Below are positions 38,739-51,356 of a stretch of 64,000 bases of DNA, piece by piece. This DNA is from Laetmonice hystrix (Eukaryota), in the NCBI GenBank assembly GCA_965235115.1, contig OZ249439.1, forward strand, positions 28,396,001 through 28,460,000. Direction: 5' to 3'. Positions within the stretch are counted from its first letter, which is position 1. The number at the start of each line of letters is the position of its first letter. The notes beneath the pieces were generated by a model. The model ran no database searches. It was not told the origin of the DNA and saw only the letters and a list, made by a program, of their open reading frames with translations. Made by a program: the position numbers and the translations under genes.

Positions 38739-41048
38739 CTGATAAACTCACTCAGATTACAAATACGTCCAAACATACATTTCTTACTTACAGTCGACCC
38801 TGATTCTGTCCACAGTCCGTGTTTTTCAATCGACGTCTGATTTTAATATCAGCGCCAGACCACCCTTGTATTTATGGAGATTCTGTTTCATTTTTACCAG
38901 AACTTTCATTGCTCACCGACATGGCACTCTGCAATATTCTTTTCTGTTCTGGAAATCCAAATACAAAACGGTTGAAAAAGGCGAGACAGGCTGGCTTCGG
39001 GACGTGACGTATCCTGATTTCAACGGAAGACTAGCGAAAAAAAGGGGTTGTCTGGGGAAGTGTTGTAAACTTCAATAGATTCAGGGACGCAACCGGCTTC
39101 AATGGCAAATTGATAAAGAAATAACCATTGATCAATACTGCACGCTTTATTCTCGGGCCTCCTATGACACTGCTGTATTTTCCACTCACACATATTGGAG
39201 AGGACGCAAATAATGAGACAAAGCACCCAAAGAAATGCCAATACCTTTTACAGGTAAGATTCCATGTCGACGTCTACGACACGAGTCAGTGCTATGAGAA
39301 GGAGTTCAGTTTCAGGGAAGGGTCTCTACATATTACAGTTACACGCAGAGAAAGATTGCATACGTCAAACAACCCAGGAAGGACAAGCCAATTACTCAAT
39401 CTTATCCCTGATGTTCAAGAATGCGAAACGATCGATATTTTGTCTGGCAGTTGCAGCAGATCTGGAAAAAAACGGGTCTATAATTCGGCGTCTCAGTAAA
39501 GCTTGGGGATAGAACAATCCCTACAGGACAAGGGTCCGCGGTTTTTAGTTTTTTTAATTTTTCTTTTTTCTTTTTTTTTTTGGGGGGGGGGGTGCTTAAT
39601 TGAGATATCCTCTATCCCTTCCTGTTCAGCCTTTCAGGCCTTACTGAACGTGAACACGTCCACCAAGTACCGAATTTAGAGTTTTGAAAAGAAGGTCGCC
39701 GAAGCAACTTTAAATTAACCTTGGACATTTGCCGATAAAATAAGTTGTTCCTACTTTTAATCACATTTTCCCTTCCTACCTTATAAATTCCCTTCCTAAC
39801 AAACACATTCTCTTCACTTAAAAACAATAATCTGACCTGAGAAATAAAAACCCGTGTCCTTTTTTCTCCTGCTGCCTGTATGGCACTCCTGATGTGGGCT
39901 CTCCGTACTGAAGAGTCGTCAGCGAGCCGACTGTCTCACTCCCGTAACCTGACACTTCAGTCATCAGCCCCCCTATTACTCCTACACATATCATATTTTC
40001 CCCCAGTTCTCCAGGCTCATCATTACTTACATAGGCGCAAATAATCAGACAAGTACGCCACGGCCATATTTAACGGGTGTCTTCTCTGCCAGCCGCTCCG
40101 GCAATAAGGCAACTCTGTACATCTATGTATGCACATATATTGTGCATTATCAGGGATCACAGCTCGTTAGGCACTAAAGTGGGTGAGTCCTGTATTTATG
40201 TAGAGAGATTGCGAGAAAGGTTTAGTATCTTTCACTAGTTTTCCAGCCGTGGTACATTGGACCCATGTCAAGGGTCCTATCGTGTTGTGCTTTTACTTGT
40301 TCTTCCAATCACTGTGACCCTGTTTCTCGATTTCCCCTGGGAGTGTGAAACAATTGGTATAAAATTTTCTCATGTTCTTCAGAGAGCGGCTGGCAAGATC
40401 TCGGGTACTCTGACCATTTCCTAGTCCTACCCATGTCCCCTAATCATCCCCTTCACCGCTCAAGCTCCATAAACCGAATTTTTGAAACCTACCCACAGAA
40501 AGATAAAAAGGCCAGCAACGCTCTGGTCAAGTTGCACAATCACATTTCCGGATTAATGGCGGGGAAAGTCCGCACGAGACACGGATGTCTGAGCATATGT
40601 TGACAGGGCAAATATTACCGAGAACCTGCCCCATCACCAGTTTCGGCGACTGCTTCACGGTATTTTATCTTGATGACCTAGAAAAATATCCATTCGCTGG
40701 GTATATGCGCGGCTGGTTCACTTGCCGGATTCGTTGGAAATAGAAAACGTGCTAGAAATTCGGGTGTCACTCAAAACACCGTACACCAATACTATATCAT
40801 TCATACGGACTACAGCACATCCCCAACTTGTTATAAACCTGGCGTTTTCCTTAAGACAAAAAAAAAGGATTTCTGTAAAAAATTATGTGTTTTCTGTAGG
40901 AACATTACTAAGTGTTTCATGTTTTGCCAGCTTTTACTCGATGCACAGGTTTCCATGTAAAACGCAGAACAAGGCAACACAGTACTTAGGGAAGGTTCTG
41001 CTACTTTTGTTGAAAATTACCTTCCTATTCCCACAGTTTCATGGTAAG

Positions 41049-41322
41049 CAGTGGCGGATCCAGGATTTCAGAAAAGGGGGGGGGGGCAACTTTTGTTGGA
41101 CAATCCGTTGCCCATTTTCGGGGGGTCTGGGGGCCCTCCCCCATAATTTTCTGTTCAGGAACGTCGGAAACATGTTTTCTGAACATGTAGAGTAGAAATT
41201 TCTCCCAAATTCTTTAAAGAAATTCCATTATTTTTAAGCATGAAACATAAAAAATAGGCAAGATTTTGGAAAATAGGGGGGGGGGGGCAGGCCGGGTGCC
41301 CCCCCCCCTGGATCCGCCACTG
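41049..41322 (+). mobile_element. 274-bp MITE, TIR CAGTGGCGGATCCAGG, 5-bp TSD
   Basis: Perfect 16-bp TIR; GTAAG directly repeated at 41044-48 and 41323-27; subterminal G/C runs. Confidence 0.88.
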
Positions 41323-42029
41323 GTAAGTGAGCAATTAGTAAGCCCTGACCAACCTACCACAAAATATCACCAACAGAATCAACTCACACTCCTAAAAAAT
41401 CCTTAGCAACTTTTAAAAACAAATCTTATTAAAGACTAATTATCCTTGTCTTCAAACATTCGAATAATAATGTAATAACCCCCGACAGGATAATGCAGAT
41501 CACCACATGAATATAGAGTGATTCCAATGTAAAGTAACATATCTCCGCGTGGATCCAATAATCAATGTTGACAAACATGCCATTATCACAACCATTTTAG
41601 CCTTTACACATCCGTGCTTCTTCTGCTAGAGACCTGAGTCCCTTTTTGTGTACTCCAACCTACCAGCCAGGAATACAACCCGGGGATCCAGGCGATGAGC
41701 AGTCAAATCACACGGCAAGAGAAAAAAAAGACAAAAGATGACATTGGTCAAAGATAATATCTAACCACTAACATATCGATTTCCTAAACCAATGTGTCAC
41801 AAACTCAGCCAACTGACGCAGCGACGAAACATTCTCAACAAAACACGAGCCAACAGGGAACACTGGCGCAAATACCAAAACACAACTAACGCACTGAGAC
41901 AACTGGCACCAACTGAACACGATTGAGGATAACAGCGAGGGGGCGCAGCGCCACCTAGAGTTTTACCTGGAGTGACCCGGTTGGCCCCAGACGGCAGGCG
42001 CAAGGAAGCGGTAGGTCCAGCCGTACCTA

Positions 42030-42180
42030 CAACACAATATCATGGCAAGTTCATTCCGACTGCAATTATTGTATTGGAGTTTGAATGACTGGTCGGGGAA
42101 ACTGGAGTACCCGGTACAATTCCCCACCCTGCAGCTCATAAGTGAGGTAGTTTCAGTCGACACGCTGAGAGACCGTGAGG
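42030..42180 (-). mobile_element. SINE fragment with Nin-type conserved core
   Basis: GGGGAAACTGGAGTACCCGG at 42095-42114, the reverse-strand form of the CCGGGTACTCCGGTTTCC core of invertebrate Nin-domain SINEs; boundaries approximate. Confidence 0.5.
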
Positions 42181-44006
42181 CTCAAAATGTGTGAAGCAGG
42201 CGAAGATGATCAAGGTTGAGGTCAGGGCGTACAAGACCTTCTAGTTCAAGGATGATTCCTTATCAATGATCTGATTTCACGAGCCTAAAAACGACTTAAT
42301 AGAGAAAGCAGATGCCAATATTTATATCCTTTTTGTTACAATTCCTTTCCATCCCCCGTTTAAACTAATACTTAAAGAACCAAGTTCCAAAAGTTCTGCT
42401 CCCTAAATAATCAATTTGTATTTTAGATAAGTTTAATTAAAGCTAGGGTATCTGTACCAATATTGCACTCTGCAGTTTTACATGTCATCGTAACATTAAA
42501 CAACGCCGATCGGTAACTAAGCAAATAAAATCCCTCCTCCGCAAGGTCCGGTCGGTTGTTTTGAGACGACGGGACTTTCAGCTCTCCTGTTCTCTAACAC
42601 CTTAGGTCTATAGCAACTGACCCATTTTAAATATCGGAAACTTGCCCAAGAACCTTCACTTTCGGGTCTACAGCAAATCCGCGCTGATAATATTATGAGG
42701 GATTGGTGAGATAAATTTACAACCACACGAAACATATTACAGGCCCTTTTATCCAGAAAAGCACAATGTCATTAAGATTTCTGTCGTCGTTGCGACATCT
42801 GTACTGTAAATACAATTCTAAGAACTATTGAACGCATCTGGTCAAAATCTTTCTGCCAAATAAATATGTAAGAAACCATAAAATTAAGCAAACCTAGACA
42901 AAATAAATCTTCTATGTTGAGAATGTAAACAGTATAAATGGACAGTGCCAATACACGGGGAGACAGAATCTATCTAATCCCTATTAATGCTGGCACTGAC
43001 CCTGCTGGACAGGTGCCAGCGTTCACGTCCTGTGTATCGGACCAGAACCCTTGGGTTCGATCCATTACTGAGGGAGTAATAATGTAACCTGCCTGCCAAC
43101 CTGTCTCATGCATTAAGTAATGGATTAAGTAGAGGAGGCGCGGAAATATATGCAACTCTGACATATGTATGGCCTGACGTTTTACAATCCCCCGTTTTTC
43201 CTTTCTAAAATATCACTCTATACTGTTAAATCTTAAACCTAGCTGTTCCGTGACTTATAAGCCCGTACTGGGCTGGGTGTATAAAGTTCAAATAACTGAC
43301 ACTTATAAATATCCAGTTTACTGGCACTTATATCAATTTACAGGTTATTGTTACATGATATTGATGTTATGAGCTGATGTACACAAGTCACAGGAGGAAT
43401 TTCAGGCGGCAGAATTGCCATGATATTGCATCATCGTCCATACATTTGTTGAGTCAGTATCAGGGACTCACGGCAATTCGCAGGTATGTCCGTTCAGCTC
43501 CCAAGTCACACAGCCATGGGTACAAGGCTAACAAATGGTTTTTGAACTGTTAGTGTTTCTGAAATCTGTTATTTCCACACACAGCATATAAAGAATTTTC
43601 CATGAATTCTCAAAGATTTCCAAGGACTGGTCCGACAATATGTTGCGTTCACACCCCGGACAGCGCGACACCCTTGACGAGTGGTCACATCTACACCATG
43701 TACCCTTTCAACGTTAGAAACTCCAGACACACAGCGACAGACTATCCTACATGGAATCCTTCCCACTTTCTGTTAGTCTACTAGAAGGAGGAAGAAATGA
43801 AGAAAAGTATAAAGAGGGGAACTCAGAAGAAATGCAACAATAAAAAAATGAAGACGTATCGTGTGTCCCTGTGCAATTAGCATCATTCGACAGACACCCG
43901 CCCACCCCGACCCCGCCTCTGGGTGGCCCTGTGTGTTCTACACCCCCCCCCCTCACCCCCCCCCCCCCCGTCCCTCCCGTGCGATCCACCCTGTTCAACA
44001 TTCCTA

Positions 44007-44837
44007 AAGCCCCTTTCACAATTGTTGCACGACCAGTTCCCGACCACCTGCAACGGAAAATCGCTTCTGTTGCACGACCACTCGCATGGTGTCGTGCGAG
44101 TGATCGCCCCCGTTGCAGGGTCGCAAGCGCTCGCAACCGGTCGCAACCGGTCGCGGCTGGGTTTTTGACATGTCAAAAATTCAGAGGCGACTTGGTGCGA
44201 CCAAAATTATCGCAGTCCGTTGCACGACCGTTGCACGACCGTCGCACGACCGTTGCAGACGGTCGTGCGATCGATCGCACGACTGTGTGCGACTGAAAGT
44301 TCACACATGATCGGTCGGAGGTCGTGCAACAGTCGCACGAGTGCTAGCGACCACTGGCGATCAGTCGTGCGTCCTGGAAAATATGTCCTGCGACCATGAG
44401 ACTGTTGTGCGACAAGTCGCACCTCATCGTGCAACGTTGTGCGACCATTGCGCGAGTGTATGCATGAATTGAAAGGAGAAGTCGTCGTCATGGCAGCCTG
44501 AGCGATCGCATGCTCGTGCAACAGGTCTCCCCTAAACGTCCGAGCGATTGCATGGTCACACGACCAGTCGCACGAGCATGCGATCGGTCGCACTGGTTGC
44601 ACGAGTGACGTCAGTTCGCTCGCAATGGATCGTGCAACACTCGCATGTGGACGCACGATCGATCGCACGAGCGTATGCGACTGAGTCGTGCAACACTCGC
44701 ATGTGGACGCATGAACACGATCGCATTTGTGAAAGTTGCTGCGATTCAGTTGCGATTCAAATTTTTTTTGGACGATCGCACGACCGGTTTGGCCATTTCG
44801 GTCGCAATTGATCGTGCGCCAATTGTGAAAGGGGCTT
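44007..44837. mobile_element. About 830-bp CpG-rich non-autonomous TIR element
   Basis: Perfect inverted ends AAGCCCCTTTCACAATTG...CAATTGTGAAAGGGGCTT flanked by TA; interior built from many TGCACGA/TCGTGCG/GGTCGCA words in both orientations. Confidence 0.85.
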
Positions 44838-45873
44838 TAATTGTAGAAGAAGTCCAGGCTTGTTTTACGAGATTATCTATCGTCCACTGGCCAATGTAAG
44901 CATCAAATTACATTCGGCCAAGTTTTCCTACTGTCTTGCTATGTTTTTATAAGTACAGCTGTAGTCATTATAACATAGAACTATATGTTGTAATAATGCA
45001 GATATTATACGTTAACACACAAATATAATACATGTATATCAAATAAATTACATGCTTGCTTCCCATTAGTCAGATAGAGTTGGAATAAACAGCTTTTTGA
45101 AACTTTCCAAAGAAAGTAAAACACAGTAATGGAAGAGCCAATTATGAAGGTTTGCAGTTTCCGCTTCATTTTGTTCCATTATTTCTCATCAGCAATATTC
45201 AAATAACGAAATAACAGCAAAAACAACAACAAAAAACTAGCAGAAAAGTTACAAAATGAAGATAATTAAAACTGCACAGACGAATTATGGATCTAACGTC
45301 ATCTTTAATAGCCGGAAACTTTCACTTTCGAAGTGGAAGATCTAATAGGAAATCGAAAACAGGGTGGTCCTAACAAAATGACGGAAACATTTTTTTAAAA
45401 ATCAGTTCCACTTGTGTGTGGACTAGATTCAGTCTACGAATCTTTACAGCGCCACTGATAAACTGGACCATTACAACAAACTGAGAGAACCCCCCAGTAA
45501 CTGAGAAATTCATGTTGGATCGCCAGAATCCCGTCACCAACATTGTCCATATCAATATGCGTCCCCACATCACCGAACATAATCAGCGATTACTTGCCGC
45601 CGCTATAGCAAGCTCTCCAACTCCATGTTATGGAACCGGATCGGGCCTGCAAGGGGGGTTCTTTCGTTTCCAATGTCAAATGTTCAAATAGTTACCGGGC
45701 AGTTTCATCGCCACAAGTGTTCGAATGACGTCGAGACAGACAGAGACAGAGACTGTCAGGTAAAAAAAGGGTGTGTTCAAGTTGCTTATGGTAACTCATA
45801 TGAACAACAGAACAAACAGATCTGGCACAGCAGCCGAGCTCATATATCAACGCATGTGCTAGTGGGTCTTAAG

Positions 45874-46121
45874 TAGGGCTGGGACGATACACTCACCATA
45901 CGATACGTATCTCGATATTTGCTCTACGAAAATACCACATCACTATCTCTTTGATGTTTGCCCTGGAGGAGGGGATACCAGTAAATTGAGCAATAGTGCA
46001 ATACGTAGAGAACATGGCCGCAATGTCAGTATGACGTATTCACAGTTTTTGAACCGTAAATCGTATCGGTCAGTGAAAAAATCGCGATTCACGATTGTAT
46101 CGATGAATCGTCCCAGCTCTA
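45874..46121. mobile_element. hAT-superfamily MITE (248 bp)
   Basis: TIR TAGGGCTGGGACGAT...ATCGTCCCAGCTCTA with perfect 8-bp TSD GTCTTAAG (45866-73; 46122-29), the classical hAT signature. Confidence 0.9.
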
Positions 46122-46318
46122 GTCTTAAGCCTCTTCTACACGAAAATATTTTCCTTGACAACTTTCTTTGACGAGTGATACATGTGTATACCCGCGTGTA
46201 GGTTACCAAGTTTTCGTCGCCCATGGCCATGCAAGTTTCCTTGTTCAAACGCTAGCACAACCAATGAGTGGGCATTTCGGGCGATGCATACCCGTAGTCG
46301 GTATTCGCGTAAAACACA

Positions 46319-46580
46319 CAGGTGTGAACGGAATGTAAGTCCGCCGGTATGGAGGTCCGCCGAACCTGGATTCCTTGGTTATAAATACAGGTCCTGGGTC
46401 ATCAACTTCGTGGTATAAGACAATATAAATAATTAAGAAAATTCAAATGAATTAGGGTTAAGGTTGGAATTAGGGATAGGATTAAAAAAAAATATTTAAA
46501 TAATACAGCATTACGGATTCCTAGGAATGCAGATCCATCGGACCTGCATTTCAGGGGGGCCTACATTCCTGTCACACCGG
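46319..46580. mobile_element. MITE-like element with imperfect TIR and degenerate (TTAGGG)-like core
   Basis: CAGGTGTGAACGGAATGTAAG vs reverse complement CCGGTGTGACAGGAATGTAGG; internal gggttaaggttggaattagggatagg; no clear TSD. Confidence 0.45.
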
Positions 46581-46983
46581 CCCGCACTAGCCATAAAGTT
46601 CTCTGACTGATCGTAACAATTGTTCCGGGGTAAGTTATACCGGACGATGACTGTGAACACATCCACATTGGCTGACTCTCAAATCACCGTTAATATTCAC
46701 AACTCTGAACAACTCAGTGCGACAAATGCCAAATGGAAACTGACTGAGGAAGTGCAAGTTGACCTGTGTATTATAGCGATAAGACAAGTAGATCAGCAGA
46801 GTAAATATTTCCGTGGAGTCCGGGGATTATTGAGACTGGCGAGTCTGTGTGACCGTGAGGTGCATGGGTCGTGTACGACCAGACGGGTAAGACCAAAGTC
46901 ACGAACTGCCCCTAGCTCGGCGTACCATGATACCACTTGTATGTGGGACAGGCCACTGGGTACACCGTTGGAAGGACCAGACG

Positions 46984-47180
46984 CAGTGGCGGATCCAGGT
47001 GGATAATCGGTAGCCCTTTTTGGGGGGGTCTGAGGGCCCTCCCCCAGCCAGGATTTTTTCTTCAGGAACGCCAGAGACGTGTTTTCTGAACATATAGAGT
47101 AGAAATCCCCCCAAAATCTTTCAACGAAATTCCATTTTTATGCATGAAACATAGAAAATAGGCCAGAGTTGGGGGGGGGG
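46984..47180 (+). mobile_element. 3'-truncated copy of the CAGTGGCGGATCCAGG MITE family
   Basis: Same left TIR and internal sequence (ttcaggaacg..., gttttctgaacat.tagagtagaaat, gcatgaaacata.aaaatagg) as 41049-41322; right TIR absent. Confidence 0.75.
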
Positions 47181-47339
47181 AGGTAGACGCTGACCAACAA
47201 CATGCATGCAGTCAGCCGTCGCAAAAACATGTCAGCTTCATAACCTCAAACCTCACACCTTGAAAACATTCCCTGAGGCCGAGTTCCAACGGACCCACAA
47301 CCACATTGGTCCCATAGATTTCCTAGTAGGCCTACTCAC

Positions 47340-47394
47340 CGTTAGTAACGGTCTCGCTGGGCGTGCCGTCCCCCAACTCCTGCAGAGGTATCAT
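47340..47394 (-). CDS. Candidate alternative first coding exon B (MIPLQELGDGTPSETVTN-G)
   Basis: A at -3 of the ATG, 18 codons +1 nt, consensus donor ACG|GTGAGT (phase 1); lies just downstream of the CpG-rich promoter-like region at 47.7-48.06 kb. Confidence 0.55.
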
Positions 47395-47699
47395 ACTCCC
47401 TCCACCAGTACACTCCGTGTCCGGTTCAGCCACCAGATGTTCGGTGGTCAGCCACCGAAGGTAGGCTACTCTTGTATCCGGTATATAGGCCTATAGTGTT
47501 GGGTTCAGCTACGACCACGCTATACCCGTGTTGGGTTCAGCCATCAACAGTTACTGTTCTAGTAGCCTACCACTACGTAGTACCAGGAACCCTATAGGCC
47601 TACTCCGTCCATGTTGGGTTGAGCCCCCACTAACCCTCCATCGTAATCGTACACTCCATGCTAGGTTCACCCACTGTTCATCAATCCACCGGGCCAGTG

Positions 47700-48060
47700 T
47701 CCGGTTAAGCCCTTTCTCACTAGTCGGCGCCGTCCTGTCCGACAACTTCCCCTGACTCTGTCTCCCCTCCACTCGGGTCCAGCGGCCGGCCACGTGTGGC
47801 GCGGCCGGTACCCGGTCACCCACCGCGGCCCCGTCACCGCCACCCGACCACACGGCCGGCCGGACGTGACGTCACCGCGCTTCACTGGATGCCCACCAGG
47901 CGGCGCCGCTACCCACATTCGATCAGGGCCCCCGATCTGAACTAATCGGTTTGTACACGTGTATCTGTACTAATCCGTTTACACTAGGCGGTCGAACCTG
48001 GCGGACGGGGCGGGGCGGGCAAGGGTATCGATCAGTCAGCGGCCGATGATCGGCCAGTCC
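47700..48060. promoter_or_regulatory. CpG-island-like promoter region
   Basis: Very GC/CpG-rich; E-box CACGTG (47791), CRE palindrome TGACGTCA (47867-47874), tandem GC boxes GGGGCGGGGCGGG (48007-48019), CTCF-like CCACCAGGCGGCGC (47893-47906). Confidence 0.6.
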
Positions 48061-50276
48061 GACCACCGTATAGGCCTACCACCCCAACCCCACCACACCC
48101 ACCCTCTGGCTGGCCCAGTTCCTCACTCTGATCCAACAGATGTGCCCTGAATCTGCTTATATGAGTCTGTGCGTCTATCCTGGCCTTGCAAAATTGTTTG
48201 TGAGACAAATTGAGGAATTATAGATAAAGCAAGGGGCCTCGGTCTTCATATAATGTATTCCTTCATGTAGGCCTATCAAAATAGTTTGCAGACTCGCAGC
48301 TATAGGAGGCCATGAAAACGAAAGCCATACAACCATGATGTTTGTTTGTATTGCTGGACTTACTCGAGTGTTTTCACGGTTGATCTAATAAACGTGTATA
48401 CATGCATAGATAGAGGGACAGGGTGTAGGCTCATATACACAGACGAAAAATACCTATTTTTTGTTCCATCTGTGGAGGCCTACCGCAGTCGGTACTTCAT
48501 TAAACCTGGCCCACAGGTCAACACGCTGCACCGAGCGCCGTATTTACCTCGGCGCCAAGTGCCTCATTCTGTAAGTGTTGGGGGGCCCCGTGCCCCCCCC
48601 CCCCACCCCCACCCCCACCCCCACCCCACCATAAAGAGCCGGCCGTTTGCCAATATTCCAATGGGTGTTCAGACTCCATGATTAATACGACCGCCTCAGG
48701 CAGACAACATTGACCCTGTAATCAACCGGTCTGACAGGGGCCTATCTCACAACACTATTTATTGCGTCCACTCCTGGGAAACGTATCTCTTTTATACGTT
48801 TCCACATAGAACAACCTGGAGCACGACTCGCTGGCATTACGTTTATATTGAGTGGACCATCATTAGGAATGATTGTCGGGCGGGGAGAGGGGTCCGAAAT
48901 GAATGAACGTACACACACACGATGTAACCCGTTTTTTAGTGGGTTCCTATATTTACGATCACTTCTTTCTGTCAAAATGACCTCACAAGTCACTGTCCTA
49001 GGGCATATCCACTTGGTTTCTCCGCCCTGACCATCTGTTCAAGTCCGCCATCAGGCTCACCCCACCCGGTGGACTAGTACATTGTATACTACCTGTTGAG
49101 CCAGACGGCTTTCTGCATCCAGTAGCACAAGCTAGCCACTACACAGACACTTTCACACAACACAGAACGACCGACTAAAATCGACCAACCTGTCTGAATC
49201 GTGCCTAGCCCTTTAATGCTTCAACCACAGTATAATTTACAGACATCATATAAATTACAAACCTGTGCTGAAACGTGAGGCGCTCTGCCCATTCCTGCCC
49301 CTCTCGGACATTTTACAACGTATTTATATCTGCTTGACGCCCTGTAAATATTCCTCATGTAGAATGCAGCTTACAACAGACACTGGGTTCCAAGCGGGTT
49401 GGTGCAGGCCTTTGTTTTCATCTTTCGTTCCCACACTCATCAGTACTAATTGGCTTGGCTATTCTTGGCACGAGGATCCAGGATCCCAGGCTCCCGGTAA
49501 AACGCTCTTTATTAGTTTACAAAGTGGAACTAATTTTCTCGCAGAGAAACCCTCAATCAGTATTACTTGTACAGAATCCCCGTGGCTATACCTAAACTAT
49601 ACCAACGACTCGAGGCTATAACCCGATCCACCACCACCAACATCATACCTGTTGACCTTCGTGCCGACTGCAGTGAGTGAAACCTCTGACCGCACAGTAA
49701 CTGGAAACATCAACTGGCACATGTACTGTCTGAGGCGATATTGATATTTCACATGGCAAAGTTTTCCATTTACATCTAAGCAAGCTCAATTTTTTTTCAG
49801 TTCTTTATTTATCCTGGCGATCGTCGTCCAATAAGAGAGTTTTAATCTATCACCAGGTTCAAACTTCAATAATAAATATATTGTGGCCGTTCTTGGTTCA
49901 AAATGCCTGCTGCTTATGAAATTGAGATCATGGCGATTCTGAGAGGGGCAGTTCGAGTTACAGCTCTAGCGGACGTCTGGTTCTCTCAGACACACATTTT
50001 GATTTAACACGCAAAGAGTTTTGTGCTTTCAAATTAACGTGTTAAAAAAACTTTTTTTACGCCTGGTGTTTATCTTATCTTTCTCCCCATCAATTCTTCA
50101 TGACTTTGTCGAAAAGATCATGACAGAAAGAATCAAGCACAACGGATTTTTACAGGATGCGTGATTTAATGAGTAAAGGAAGAAAATCATGCACTCCACT
50201 AAATAAGACACCTTGACACATTGAGTTTAATAGGTCTGTCGGTAAAATCCAACATGCAAGGTCCAGCCGTCACATG

Positions 50277-51075
50277 GGTTTGACAGGCTGCGTTGAGTGG
50301 TCTGGGTCTGACAGGCTGGGTTGAGTGGTCTGGGTCTGACAGGCTGGGTTGAGTGGTCTGGGTCTGACAGGCTGGGTTGAGTGGTCTGGGTCTGACAGGC
50401 TGGGTTGAGTGGTCTGGGTCTGACTGGCTGGGTTGAGTGGTCTGGGTCTGACAGGCTGGGTTGAGTGGTCTGGGTCTGACAGGCTGGGTTGAGTGGTCTG
50501 GGTCTGACAGGCTGGGTTGAGTGGTCTGGGTCTAACAGGCTGGGTTGAGTCAACTCGAGTGGTCTGTGCCTGACAGGCTGGGTTGAGTGGTCTGGGTCTG
50601 ACAGGCTGGGTTGAGTGGTCTGGGTCTGACTGGCTGGGTTGAGTGGTCTGGGTCTGACAGGCTGGGTTGAGTGGTCTGGGTCTGTCAGGCAGGGTTGAGT
50701 GGTCTGACAGGCTGGGTTGAGTGGTCTGGGTCTGACAGGCTGGGTTGAGTGGTCTGGGTCTGAGGCTGGGTTGAGTGGTCTGGGTTTGAGAGGCTGGGTT
50801 GAGTGGTCTGGGTCTGACAGGCTGGGTTGAGTGGTCTGGGTCTGACAGGCTGGGTTGAGTGGTCTGGATCTGACAGGCCGGGTTGAGTGGTCTGGGTCTG
50901 ACAGGCTGGGTTGAGTGGTCTGGGTCTGACAGGCTGGGTTGAGTGGTCTGGGTCTGACAGGCTGGGTTGAGTGGTCTGGGTCTGACAGGCTGGGTTGAGT
51001 GGTCTGGGTCTGACAGGCTGGGTTGAGTGGTCTGGGTCTGACAGGCAGGGTTGAGTGGTCTGGCTTTGCCTGACA
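50277..51075. repeat. 28-bp minisatellite, about 28 copies
   Basis: Unit ctgacaggctgggttgagtggtctgggt; source of the TQPSLSDPDHS ORFs. Confidence 0.97.
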
Positions 51076-51356
51076 ATGTGACAGGCTGGATTGAGTGGCT
51101 TTGCCTGACAGGCTAGGTTTAGCTGCCTTATTTATAAGATCTTGTAGGCCTCCTGCCTGGGCCTCATGCCTTCGTCGTGTTGTTTACCACCCCCAATAGG
51201 TAAACAAAATTAATGCTTCTTTGGCAAATGCCACCTCTCCATTCCGTCCGGCCGAAATTAATAAGACCAAAAAAGACAGATGCCTTCCTGAGACGTTCCT
51301 GAAGAAGGCACTCAAGTTTCGTTACGGCGGAGGGGAAACAGCCCACCTTTACACAT

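Noticed and set aside
40560-40745. RMSEH (GIY-YIG-like) and YLDD (RT-like) motifs in one + frame
   Set aside because: Surrounding residues and motif order do not fit a Penelope or other retroelement ORF; probably chance.
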